NCBI GenBank assembly: GCA_036172245.1
Contig: JAYWIR010000002.1
Location: 4,526,001 to 4,590,000, forward strand
Reading direction: 5' to 3'
DNA length: 64,000 nucleotides
DNA from: Raillietiella orientalis
Taxonomy: Eukaryota
Shown: piece after piece, positions 13,604-30,153 of the stretch
How the letters are laid out: every line of letters begins with the position of its first letter
How positions within the stretch are numbered: position 1 is the stretch's first letter
Notes under the pieces: model-generated
What the model saw: the letters and a program-made list of their open reading frames with translations, nothing else
What the model was told of the DNA's origin: nothing
The model's database searches: none
Program-made: the position numbers and the translations under genes

Positions 13604-13870
13604 TATATGTATTATGTGCATGCATACATATTATGTAGATAGATATATATGCAACATACTGTAGTGTAAATACACAACATATATATAGGTATATGCATAC
13701 ATGCACAATGTACATGTGTATAGTAACATGTATTACTTTAAATTGGTATATAGTTTGCATAGATCCGTACATGCATACAAATATTTTCTATACATACATA
13801 GATGATTGTATACTTTCTATGTATATGTACATAGAAAGCATGCATGTATTTTGTGTGTGTATGTACGTGC
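13604..13870. repeat. Low-complexity TA/CA/TATGTA repeat
   Basis: Degenerate runs of tatgta, catata and tacatg. Confidence 0.7.
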
Positions 13871-16800
13871 ATTCTAGCAAGCGTCTTTCAAGGAACAAGG
13901 TCAAACAGTGGGAGTCTCTGTGTATCTGCGATGAAGATTTGTTGGGATGTTGAAAAATTTTGCTTGTTACGTGCTGTTGTGTGGGAATCCCTGTGTACCA
14001 ACGATACCATCGAGAGGTATTGAAGAGATGATCTTCATGATGTCGATGATTCGAGGAGACTCGAGAGGGTGTGCTGATACTTCTGGCGACGGAGAAAATT
14101 AATGAACTTTGAAGCGATCTTTTACCACCACTCCTGACCTCATTGATATGAGGTTGAGAACAATTTTCTGACGGGCGTGTGCCGTTCTGTGGGAACCGGA
14201 ACTTGAAAAACCAAAAGTGAGAACAGAACGAACTTTACCAGAGTTTGCTGTTGTTCCAGCAAGAACAACGCTGTTTCGTTGAGTTTCTTCCTTCCCTGGT
14301 TAGCTAATCACTCTGCATCTTTCGGGAAATCCACGCGTTGCAACGGATATCAGCCATCGTTGCACCAGCAATAAACTCAAAATACCCTGAAATAGAAGTC
14401 GGCACACATCGAACGCAGGGCCTTGAATTTTTTTTGGCCGATTCTTTTCTCTAGTGCGATTGGAGATGTCGAAATCCCAATCAAGTTTCGATTAAACGAC
14501 TCCTGTTCGCCAACTGGGGCTGTCAAAGAAAGACACTTGTTCCCACCCCACAATACCTTTTAGGCTTTGCGAGGGCTTCTTGTTCCCCAATGCAGAAAAT
14601 CCCCATATGTGGTTGGTACATTTAAGCTTAAACTCTTCCAAATAATGGGACGCTGGATCGAAGCGTTATCTTGACAAGTCGACTTACAAACGGTGTCGGA
14701 GGCTGAAGGTTTATCAAGCCAGAAGCAGTGCCGATGTTTCTCCCTTCCAAATTGAATCTGCTCTCGTGGAATTCCCTCACCGTTTGCATCCGTGACAAGC
14801 TCTTCTTGGAATTCACAGTTGGATGAACATGTGTGAGATTCATGCTCGTGGAAATGGACATGTTGAACGACTCGCTTACAGTTCTTCAAAGAACAGCATC
14901 TGTCATTCCTGCATTACTCACCGCCTTCCTTCCATATGGATAAGGAATGAACAAAGTTATTTCTGCCTCTGTACTTATCAACTGATCGGAAACAAATCCT
15001 TTGGGATAGGTGGGTGCAAGAAGATGCAAGAAGGCCAACTCTGCTGTGCGGATTGATCTCTCCGATAATGACAAGAAAATTTTCCGAGGAATTTTAGGCA
15101 AAAGTACCTATTATGGAACCCTTTGAGCACGTTCTCCCGCGTTCCCCCAATGCATTGGCAATCTCAACTATCCGTTGACGATGTTTCACGTGCCACTTTC
15201 TAAAAGAAAATGCTTTTCGGTCTCTCTTCCCATGAATGTCTTTATAAGCTTCAAGGATCGGTCGAGTTTCTTGGTAGTGGTTTTGAGCCTCCTGTGGGCA
15301 CTTCCGACACACGAGTTCTCATTTAAGGCAAATAACTGCGATTGCTTTCGTCTTAGAAATGCGTTTTTTCTCTTAGTGCCTTTGTTTATTTGAACTTTTT
15401 ATCCACCTGGAATTTTCGGTGTTTCCACGGATTACGTTGTCGGAGTCCGCCCTTGTGCCAGCGACTGTCTTCTGAGGTCTCTCTGATGCCCGCTGTCAAT
15501 GCATTGGGAAATTACGATTGCAAGTCGACATGACTGCGTGATTTCTTTCGGATCCATAAGGTTTGGACGGCCATTTTAGCTTGTTGAGGAATTACTTCCG
15601 TATTCTGCTTTCTTTTGAGGTCTTCAGTAATTTCACTGAGCTACTGAGCAGTCGATTTTTCATCTTAACACCTCGTTTGCTCATCACGTTAGCCACATAT
15701 CTGAAAGTGTATTCCTTTTCTAATTTCATTATGGCTTAATTTTTTTTTTTTTTAAACAAAAAAGACATTCCAGGGAAATCTTTCTTATCTTGTTATCCTG
15801 TTCTCTTACACTGTTTGCGTTGATGACTGATGCTGAACGATGAAGATATGCTTCGCGTTATCTTAATATCTGAGACATCACTTGGGATTTAAATGGATGC
15901 AGGATCTTGAAACGATGCAGGATGACGAAGCACACCGATGAGCCCGATCGATGAACTTATGAGAACATTTCATTCTTGAGCACAGTTGCGCTCCAACGAC
16001 TACGTATCTTTCTAATAGTGTTCCGAGGAAATGTGCTTAGATGACTTACCATTCATCGCCTCGAATCTTCACATCCGAAGTTGCCTCTTGCCTCTAATGA
16101 TTACGCAAACGGATGCTTCTCTTTCATCGTCTTTTCGCCATCGGAATCCCATTGTCGCTAGAAGAACGGAAGCCTGCAAATGGATGCTGGATGATTCTTG
16201 CAATCTCTAAACATACTTTTTGTTTCCCCATGTTATCGGACGCAACTTTGGTGTAGTCACCTATCTGCCAAATTCCGAGTCACGTGAGTGGCACCCTCAA
16301 AACGCCAGCAATTGAAACCTTCAGATTCTTTTGAAACGTCACCGGTGTATCTCTAAACGTCGCCACGGATGTGCTTTTCACGCCACGCGGAACGGTAGAC
16401 GTCGTGAAGCAACGCATCCTGAGAACTCGAAGAATGTGCCGAAGGATCACCCAGGGAACAGAACTGGCTTCAGATTCATGGAAGATTCCCTTCCTCCCAG
16501 GTAATGCAGCGAAGGCTGACCATCTTTCCAAAGACTAATGAAATATTCCCCACTTAGGTGACTCCTCCTACAGACGAAATCGGCGCTCAGCTTGCTCACT
16601 ACACGTATCAAGTCATCAGGAGTTTCGCGTGCCGTTTTGCCAAAGGCTCTTCGGAAATGAAACTCAGCAAGGAACCAAAACGTAAAATGGGGAAGAAAAG
16701 GGCCGTAAACGTTTCGACATTTCCTTCCGCCTATATGCGAATCTTCTTGGCTTCGGCTACACAGCCCGAATTCAATCATTGTGCAAGTAGGGGCAGAGCC

Positions 16801-17556
16801 TAGTCCTACTTGCACAATGATTGAGTAGAGATGGATTCAAATGGATTCACGCTGCCCCTTAATTTCATCGGCTTGACAAAGTACTGCAATTCGTCATGCG
16901 CTTCTCTCACTGAAGCTTTTTTCCCCAGTTTCCAGTGTCGTATGGCATTCCGCTTTCCTGCGCCGTGGAAAATAAAGTGAAATAGGGTCACAGTGACACG
17001 TGTCTTTGCAGGATTTCATTCCTGGAGAGGAAGACGATTATCTTGATCAAAACTCTTCCTCCTGAGCCCGGTTCGGTGGGACAGCGCCACTTTAGTACCA
17101 TTTGAAGGGGAAGTTGGGGCTGTTGGCTTTTCGAGGCAATGGGATTGGTTTCGGTTAGTTTTTGAGTACGACAGGCGGTTGCTCACCTGCTGCTGCCGAA
17201 GTTCGTTTGACGCTACATTGGGCTTGGGCCCGCTTTCGCACTTCGAAGTGCGCGCTGCCCCCGACAGCACAGAACCGGAACAGCACTTCTTCAGAGTTAT
17301 CCTGTTAAAATATTCCCACAAGTTTATCAGCTTTTACATGAGGAAACTCGACATCTGAGAACCATACATTCATAAGGATGGTGGGAGCTTTCTGAGCAGC
17401 CTTCATGCTGCTGCCTGTGCGACCCATTTTCCGAGCCTTTCCAAATCTTCGCCTTTAGTTAAGTTTAGTTTGCCTTCTATTTGATCCATTATTGCCTCCG
17501 TTTTCCGCAATAATTGCTCATTATATCCTTTCCGTATTACTTTCAACACTTATGCG

Positions 17557-17661
17557 CAAAGATTAAAAGAGCTCAGGAAGATGATGGATCAAGTAAAGAG
17601 TGGTGATACTGTTGTTTCTTCTGGTGGGATAGTAGGTGAGCAGTTTATAATAGAAATAGCT
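17557..17661 (+). pseudogene. yajC: Bacterial yajC-like fragment (Wolbachia/Rickettsiales type), putative nuclear insertion
   Basis: Translates to QRLKELRKMMDQVKSGDTVVSSGGIVGE-QFIIEIA. This matches the YajC core (KxGDxVxTxGGIxG...xxIEIA), with about 9 aa apparently deleted between GE and QF. No start codon or intact N-terminal TM helix in frame. Confidence 0.7.
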
Positions 17662-20468
17662 CATGAAAGCTGTAAAGGAGACAGACTAAGAAGCAGAAAA
17701 AATTTCGGGAGAACTGAATGGCTTTAAAAACAAAACATGCATAGTCACCGCGGTAAGGAGTTAAAGATATTCCAATCTTATGCTAGATATACAGTGAGGT
17801 TGACGTGCATCTGTGTGTTGGTGTGCGGCTTTAATTTAGAATCAGTGCATACTGATGCATATTGAGCGATGCTGTTTAAAAACGGAAACTGACACTCCCC
17901 CCCCCCTATCTACTCTATTTTTTGTTTTTTTTGGGCTGTGGTTTTAAATAGCACGATTGCCCCGTTTCGGGTTTTCGAAATATGTCCAGGATGCCTGGGA
18001 GAGAATCCTTATTGCTTGCATGTATGAATCGCTCACTGTAAGGATTATAAAGGGATTCGTCATTTTCATCTGTATTGGTTGCATGATGGGCAAGAAATGC
18101 GCGAGGTGACGACTAATGGTCGCATAACGCTTGGTTTCGGTAAGATCATTTCATCCGTCATCTCAACAAAAAAGTCTGGGATTACATGTGGGTACACACA
18201 GCCTCCCGAGCCTTAAAACTGACAAATCTGCTCTTTGCGTGAAAATTTGAATTACCTCCAAACAAATTCCGCCGTAATTTTAGGATCGCGCGTGGAACAA
18301 AACCTCAGAAAGGATAGGGGACATCGTTCAGTTTGCAAAATACGTTTTGGAGGACAGTTGCCGATGACCCCGAATCCCCATGGGTTCAAAGGAATTATTT
18401 AGAACTTCCGATGTGTGTAAATGGATGAAGTTCATTTTGTAATCCTTTGAGCACGAAACTCCAAGACTCAGAAGTGGGAGAAGGCGGATCGCAGCCCAAG
18501 ACAGTTCATTGGCTTTGTTGCCAAATCTGTCCGAATGAAATATTAGAACTAAACACAAACTTGTCACCTTTCAAATGATCCTCCCCCCCCCCCCTCTTCT
18601 CCCCTTTTCTTTTCGAATGGGAATAATTCTGAAATCCGCATAAGATCGTTTGGCTCTCGTTCGTCCCAGGAATCCACGCTTTTCTAAGTTCGTCTTCAAT
18701 ATTTTTGAAGTCCCATTAATGCAAGCGGCACTTCTGAAATGTATTTAGCACGAACGCCACGCGAAAAAAGGCAACTCGAGAGACGTCGGTGAATCCTCAT
18801 GAACACCTTCGTGCTGGGGAAGCAATTTGCAGAAGAATGAATGCTTCGTGTGCTTTTTTTAACCTCTGATTTTCACAATGGTTTGTCATTCCCCATCCAC
18901 CACAGTTTTCAGGGAACGGAGTCCGTTGTCACTCTGAGGACGCTGGCATTCTTCTCGTATGCCACTCAGGGCTAGCAAAATGTGACTGACTATGAAAATT
19001 CAGAAACGTTCGGAACAGAACGGAATTTCAAAGCACACACAACCTATTATTCGTCGCGATTTTACAAAGTGCAAACAAAGAAGGCAAATTGAATGGATCA
19101 ATAATGATAATAATTATGCTGGATTGACTGGTCAGTTCATCCCTTTCTCGAAGAAAAAAAAAAAAAAAAGAGAAGGTAAAGCGGCACCATGCAACATAAA
19201 ATAAAACATTGCAAAGATCATTGTATGTTTGTCACCGGTTGATTATTTATTTGATTGACCTTCATTTTTTTTGTTTGATAGGCTGTGGCAGGGAGTGAAT
19301 GATTTTTTCTGGATTTATTCCAGGTATTTCCTCGCAATACAAGTCAGAAATCCCAACTATACTCAGATAACTAAATCACACTTCCGAAAATTCAAGCATA
19401 CCTTTACATATAGTAATTTTTTTCTTCTAAATCTACGAACGCAAAAACAGATGATTGACGTATCAGATGTACATGCGCCAAGTATACCTTTATTGTACAT
19501 ATCCTTGAATTCGGTTGAAAGTCTAGCGATCTGATGCATTATAATGCATTATGTACTTGTATACTTCCATAAGGGCTCCTAATAACTTTTGGGGTTATAG
19601 CAATTACCTTCGTGCTTAGTATTATACATTTGCATATTCAAGAGTGCATGTGGTTTAAATTGGTTGGAATATGTACAACATTTCACCCTGGAATCATCCA
19701 CTGCTGCCACTGCTTGTTTGTTTGTTTTTTGGGGGGAATGGATAAAACTGGAATGACAAACCTCCGTCCCCGAGTTTCTGTGCACAGAGTCCAAAAGTGT
19801 TTTAACGTTGCTGCAACACATGGTATTTCTCAAGACGTGTGTGTGTCCACTGTTTCCTGCGATGACACTTGCGTAAGCAATGGTTGCATCTTTCTGATGA
19901 CTGGATGTACAGTGTGCTAAATCTTCACACTCTTTCCAATCGAATAGTGACCAATGAAGGGCGGGGGGGGAAAAAAAAAAAAGAAGAAAAAAAACATATG
20001 TGTCCGAAGCATGTACGAACGTGCCAACAGCTGAAAACGTGCCTAGCTAGCTGGCGTAGTATTCAATCCTTAAACGATTATCGAATATCAAATAAAGGCG
20101 CCAAAGCAGTAATGTTTGGTCACGTGATCCCGTGAATCGATGAAGATATTTTGGTGCTATAATACCATGTGAGCGTTCTTAAAATGCTGCTTACGCTCAA
20201 GGCTCATGGTGTTGTGAGAACATTTGCCGATTTGAATTTTATAACGGAAAAAATTGATTGAATTTATACAGGCGTAGCGAGTGGGTCCACGTGAATGCTT
20301 AACCTCCTGTAGTGTTGACTGATTTTCAGTTTGTGAATAAGGTAAGCGTTTTCAAAAACGGTACTGGTGCGTTCGTTAACGCTGAATGAAATATCGTTCG
20401 TGGCTGGTTACCTCTAACGTGTGCTCATAAAATAATGTCAAAGGGAGGTTTATGTGATTACCTCTAAG

Positions 20469-22064
20469 ATGAGGCTACGAAGAAGAAGAAAATGCAATGC
20501 AGATTCCGTTTCAATCGCCAAAATATCCACGCTTTCATCAATGTTTAAAAAAATCAGCAAGACCGCGTCGATTTTTGGAAGATCAAGAACTCTGCCTCAT
20601 TCGAGAAGGAGCAAATGCAAATATGAGAAAAAAATGCTTGAAACTAAGGTAAGTTCTGACCTTAAAATGGTACTCCTAGGAGCTCTGTAGACCCTTTATA
20701 ATTCATCAAGCGTGGAGAATTCTCTGAAAAGCCATGTACAGTTATCACATGAAAGCCAAAACCAGATTAAGAAATTCTTTGCCTTCACCGATATGTTTTT
20801 GACATCTGCTACTGTGCAAGAAAGTCTGCATGCAATAGCAAGTGAGGAACATTCAAAGGAAGCTGAAACAGTGCATCTCGAAAGTATAGATGAAAGCAAA
20901 CAGATTTTACATTCAGAACATAATGTATCGGAATCATGTTATATCATTGATGGTATGCTAAGGCTTTTATGTTCAGTGATGATTATGTGTACAGATGATT
21001 GTAGAGAGGTGCCAAGAACCAGTAGATGTTTCCATGCTCTTTAGCCCAAATTATGATCCCCCTATGAGCACAGCTCTTGATTTGGAGGAGATGGCCAAGC
21101 AGCTAAATGTGGAAGATGTAAAAACGGTCCTACAAGATGAATTTCTGAAAGCTGCTGGGACTCAAGCCTCTGGATTTGACAGCAGACAAGAATTTGAGGA
21201 CACAACTTCAATGCATATGCCCCAGCATCTAGAATATTGGGATACTTTTGATCCTTATTATTTTATTAAACACTTGCCACCTCTGACCCAGGAAATGCAG
21301 GCTCAGTGCCCTGCTCTTCCATTGAGAACACGGAGAAGTCCTAAATTTTCTTTAGTGCTTGATCTGGTAGTAATATTTAAAAGAGATTATTATTGATGTC
21401 ATGTTTAGGATGAAACATTGGTTCACTGCAGTCTTCAGAAGATGCAAGGCACCACTTTTTCTTTCCCAGTGCATTTCCAAAATGTCAACTATGAAGTGTT
21501 TGTTCGAACCAGGCCCTTCATCCAGGAATTCTTGGAATCCGTGTCCCAACACTTTGAAGTGATTTTGTTCACTGCATCCAAGCGTGTGTACGCTAATAAG
21601 CTGCTGAATCTGTTAGATCCTTGCCGCAAGTGGATAAAGTAAACACAGTTTATGTGTTATGCAATATTTTTTTTTTTTTCTTGTATTTCTAGGCATCGCC
21701 TTTTCCAGGAGCACTGCATTTGTATCAATGGGAATTATGTTAAGGATTTAAGCATTTTGGGTCGTGATTTATCTAAAACAATCATTATTGACAACTCTCC
21801 TCATGCATTTGGCTATCAGGTACTACTGTTCTCATTTATTTGATTCACTTAATTTGTCTTAGCTTGAGAATGGTATCCCAATTGTGTCTTGGTTTTGGGA
21901 TAAAGATGATTGTGAGCTGATAAAGTTGCTACCCTTCCTGCAGTCTCTCATTGAAAAGGTTCTTAAAAACTTTCCATTATTTTGTATTATTTTAGTTGTA
22001 GGAGGATGTACGACCTCCGATCAGGGAGCGTTATCAGCTGCACAGCTTTTTGCCACCTGACTGA
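20469..22064 (+). CDS. CTDSPL2: CTD small phosphatase-like protein 2 (SCP4), 439 aa. Exons 20469-20648, 20691-20952, 21005-21366, 21409-21638, 21693-21819, 21863-21958, 22002-22064
   Basis: N-terminus MRLRRRRK. Conserved blocks [36 protein letters not shown] (HAD DxDx(T) motif split by an intron), [40 protein letters not shown] and C-terminal EDVRP...LPPD*. The exon 2/3 boundary is the least certain; 20924/20995 is also in frame. Confidence 0.95.
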
Positions 22065-22067
22065 GTG

Positions 22068-23174
22068 TCATTGTAACAGCTGACTATTCAGAAAATTAAC
22101 AAACAGTGATTCAGGGGAACTCTTGTTAGGACAGCTTTGAATCAGTTTCAAAAACTGACGTCTAAAAACTGATAGCTGTGCTAAAGTTGGACGATAAGAC
22201 AAAATGACTTTTTCCTCTGTGCCTGCAATGTGTACTTCACAAGGAACATTCGATGCTGCCAAGACTTGCTATAATCTTTACTTGACACCATTCCTAGATT
22301 GTGTGGAAATACCTGAATAATTTGCTGAGTAATGAGGTCCCATGCAGGCAGCTCCTGTGTGCCTTCTGCCGAGTCCTACAAGTATAAGTGCAGTTATGAG
22401 TAAATGGCATTGTGCTTACTGGAAGAGTGGATGCATTGGGTTTGGGAGGAGGTTTCCTATAAAGAGCAGTGAATATCTCAGTTATTGGTACATGTGCATT
22501 GCCACCCTTATAATCAATACAAAATAAAGGCGAATCCCAGCGACTCTTCAAGTTAGGTTGTTCATAGCGTGCCACCAAATCATCAAAAACCTATTCCTCC
22601 ATGATACATGTTTTCAGCATTAATAAATTACCTGTCTGCTATACTGTTTCTCTTTGGGCTGATTTAAATTCCAGGACCATGCTTGATCAGTGGATACAAC
22701 AATACTTACTGTACACTGAGTAGTCTTGCATGATTTAGTCAAACAATAAAGTTCATAGCGATAACCTTAGGATAAAGTAACTCAAGTTGACTGTAAATCC
22801 AGTTTACCTTTTATATAATTGCCTGCATCAAAGATGAGCAATTTATCTAATTGTAATTCCCTGAAATAGATGCAAAGTGAATGAGACTATTTAGCACTAA
22901 TCAATCTAAGCAACTTAATCCACACATACCTTTCTAGTTCAGCTCTCATTCTGTTTCTTAATTGTTTTTCATGCTGTGGAACTAACATGGTCTTTTTCAA
23001 ACAATGAAAACAAAGTCATGGAATACCTGAGAATGTCACATTTTTGTCTTCATAATAGTCAGAATCACATATAATTTTGGCAAGGATTCCAACATCAGAA
23101 AATCCAGCTTTTATTCTTTCTGCAATTGTGCTTTTCCCAGATGATGGAAAGCCACTGATGATGATTAAAGGCAT
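22068..23174 (-). CDS. KTI12: KTI12 homolog (Elongator-associated P-loop NTPase), 273 aa. Exons 23174-23027, 22981-22930, 22860-22808, 22765-22632, 22590-22420, 22375-22313, 22268-22068
   Basis: MPLIIISGFPSSGKS (P-loop), IFDAGNYIKGYRYELYC, LVARYEQPNLKSRWDSPLF, PKPNASTL, LSVFRRQFLK, FVNFLN. Six GT-AG introns keep the frame. Confidence 0.93.
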
Positions 23175-26100
23175 GCCAAATTTTGACTATAGTTTAGTTA
23201 TCATCATGCAAAGTCATTTAACGGATATGAGAAAGGCTCTTCAAAGGCCTGAACCTTTGCAAGGCAAGGACAATTATATTCACATACAACCTGCATGCAG
23301 AAAGAATTATGTTTGAGTCATGATTCACTACATAGAACAATATTTAATACATGATCCCAGACTGGAAGCAAATGTATGCATGAGGCTTTAACATTTTTTT
23401 TTTGTCCTGCTGCAATGCTATGTTTGCAAAAACTAATGTGCTTTTTTACATTTGTTAAGGTGTAAGAATATAACAGAATGGGCAAAAAACTGTATTTGAT
23501 ATGGAAATTACGTTTTACAAATTTTGCATTTCAGAATACTCGACATTTTGTTGCAGTTGTAGTGATCCCTCTGATTAACCAGTTTAGCATTCCTACACCT
23601 ATATAGCTCCTCAATTATTCTGATGTTTATTGATGTTGAAAGCTAAAACTACGTTAACACAATTTTCGTTAGTATCAAGAATGGACATACTTGAAGGCAT
23701 AATATGTTTAAAACTATTTTGCTTTAGAAGGTTTGAGTATGCATTTGGTAGATGGAAAACTTCACTTGGTAAGTCAGAAATTATAACAATGAACACGTAG
23801 GATACATGAGGAAAGAATCAGTTCATTGAATAACCGAAATGCATTATAAAGTCATAGTAATAGGAAAACAGTGAAAGCTTATCACAGCATGTGCAAAGAT
23901 TTTGAAAAAAAACACCTTTAAAAACTAGGCAGGATTCACAAATCCATGACAGTTTGCGCACTTCATTATGTTGCTGTGAAAACTTTTGTCAAAATCCACG
24001 AAGGGCTCTCTTATGCAGCCTGCATCGGTAAGGCCCATTTACTTTTAACACCTTGCTCCATCACATGGCTACACAAAAGCAAAAAGGCGTGGTGGTCGTC
24101 ATTATTTAAATCATTACATGTGATGTACGGGTGTACAACTATGTTTACATGCTAAACCACCTTACAAACACCAGAGAGATGCAATGCAACGTAAGAAACC
24201 TATTTGAAACTCACTTAATGGTAATATAATATGTAATAGCACGCTGGTGACATTTTCCTTAGTAGATAAATGAAACAAAAAGTAATGATAACCGAAGTTT
24301 CATCGAATTTTGCTGCAGCGGATGGGATCCCATGCCGGACTACATTGCCTCCCTCTGCAGCTCCCACGCGAAGCACACAGCGACGTGCGAGCACGGCTGG
24401 GAACCAGAAAGCCCCCGCCAGAACCGAGAAGTGCCAATCCGTCAAATGCTAAAATAACTGAATCTCCATTCAAGTACTTTAATTCGAAACATGTCATTAT
24501 TATAAGCACCCACTCTCTGAGAGGGAACCACCTTTAAATCGTTTTTGTCTTATGGGGTTCAAATTCATTCTACATCCAAGTTTTCAACTCTTCATTCGTA
24601 GTTCAAATTCTGTTGAAGGTGTTTCGAACTTTTCTTGTAAAGAAATTCTTGTAAAGAGAAGTTGCAAAAACACTTGCAAAATCTGGAGAGTAATTATTTA
24701 TTTAGATAAGCGTATCAACTTACAAGAAAATAAGAGGATTGTACGCTATGTGTCAAAAAATACAGCGGATGCAGTTCTAAGTGAGTTTCTTCGGGGATAT
24801 CTTAGGTAAAATAACAGTAGAAATCACTTCAAAGCAACTTTCAAAGCAAATTCCACTGTTATTTTATCTGAAGCATACCGACTGTTATATTGTTATATTC
24901 GCGTACGCATTCACTTTCTCACATTAAAGGCCTTCATTATAAACCAAAAGCATCCTGCTGTATTCCATTCGTTTGTTCAGTTATTAAGGACAAACTCCAA
25001 ACTTTTATCTATACCTGAGAATGAAGAAGATTCAGTCAAGATTTAGCACTCACAGCTTGACAGCTGAGTGCTGAATTTTATTTGAGATCGAAAGTAGGCA
25101 TCTCATTACTTGTTTTATCAATTCCATCTGTTAACTTCACAAATATTTAATAAAATCACCAGTTTGTTTATTATAATGAAGATTTTAATATTAGCACATT
25201 CACTCCAAAGAGTATTCTATTTTAGCAATTACCATAACACGACTCGATCCGGATCCACGTCCACACCGCACCAGTGTAGGAAGAAATCGTACAGATGGGT
25301 CCTGATATTAGTTAAGATCTGTTACATGTTTTGAATGCAGAAGCACTTTCCCTGATGCAGATAATTTACAGTCTTTTATCACACTTGAACGAACATTTGA
25401 CAACTGTCTGTATTACGACTTTACAATACTATTACTGTCGTCATTGCCGGTTACGTCATTGTATTAATATACATGCAGACTGTTAACATCATCAAGCATT
25501 GGAACTAGCAAACATGTACTGCAACGGGCAGCTCGCATGTTTTTCTGTTTATGAATAATAGAGTAATTACCACTAGCATCAGCACTAAGATCATGGAAGT
25601 AGGAATAAAAGGTGCACGGCAAACTCTCTGTAATGAATCTGCTCCCCCAATTCAGAAGACTTGCCGTCACGATACCTTAACTTCGACAGCCAGCACGTAC
25701 TGAAACAGTTGAATATAACCAGATCACTTAGCTGCAACTTGGTGATAGTGATTTGGTTATTTGCTGTATGTTTTAGTGGACTGCCCAAGCCGACTTGAGT
25801 GAGATGCCAATCATGACGAATCGAAATACCGACCAGGAATGGGTATTCAAAGCTGGGATCATCGTAGACTTCAGAAGCTGCTAGGTTGTAGGGCATAGTG
25901 ATGACTGCAACTGAATATTGGACTGTAACTCACTGTAACGATTCGCAACACTTTGAAATTTCGATGTTTATTGCAGCTTTTCAACATGATCTACGTGCAA
26001 CTGTATGTCGTCCACATGAACGGAATACGGAAACGTATTGCTTGATATTCTTTTATTTTAATTCTTTCTGTTTTGTATCGGACAAACTATATATATGAAA

Positions 26101-26498
26101 ACAATCAAACTCTCACTAATTCCTGATTTGAAGTTCATTGATAACCGAAGTGTTGATCACAGTACTACCGAGATCTCCATCATGGTAGATGAACTGTTTC
26201 CGATTACAAGCAAACTTGCTTCAGACAGTACCCACAAGAAGAACGTGGCTTTCAAGATTTCACGTCTGGAATTACAGTACTTCTGCTGGCACCATTTTTA
26301 AAGGTGCTAGAAGATATGCAAAAAAGGAAAAAATTTCACCACTTGAGATCAAAAAATATATTTTTTTCATTATTCCATGGTCAGTAATAATAACGAATTT
26401 CTTCATATAATGCACCTTTTCCAGATACTGGTCTGGATAATCACGAAAATAAAACAACTCAGACATCTAGGGGCACTCTATTGATAAAAAAACCTGGA

Positions 26499-30153
<3,655 letters not shown>

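Noticed and set aside
19400-19920. Possible small minus-strand spliced gene divergent from CTDSPL2, and a Cys-rich plus-strand ORF at 19612-19920
   Set aside because: Candidate splice sites exist, but no stop-free multi-exon model or known motif could be built.
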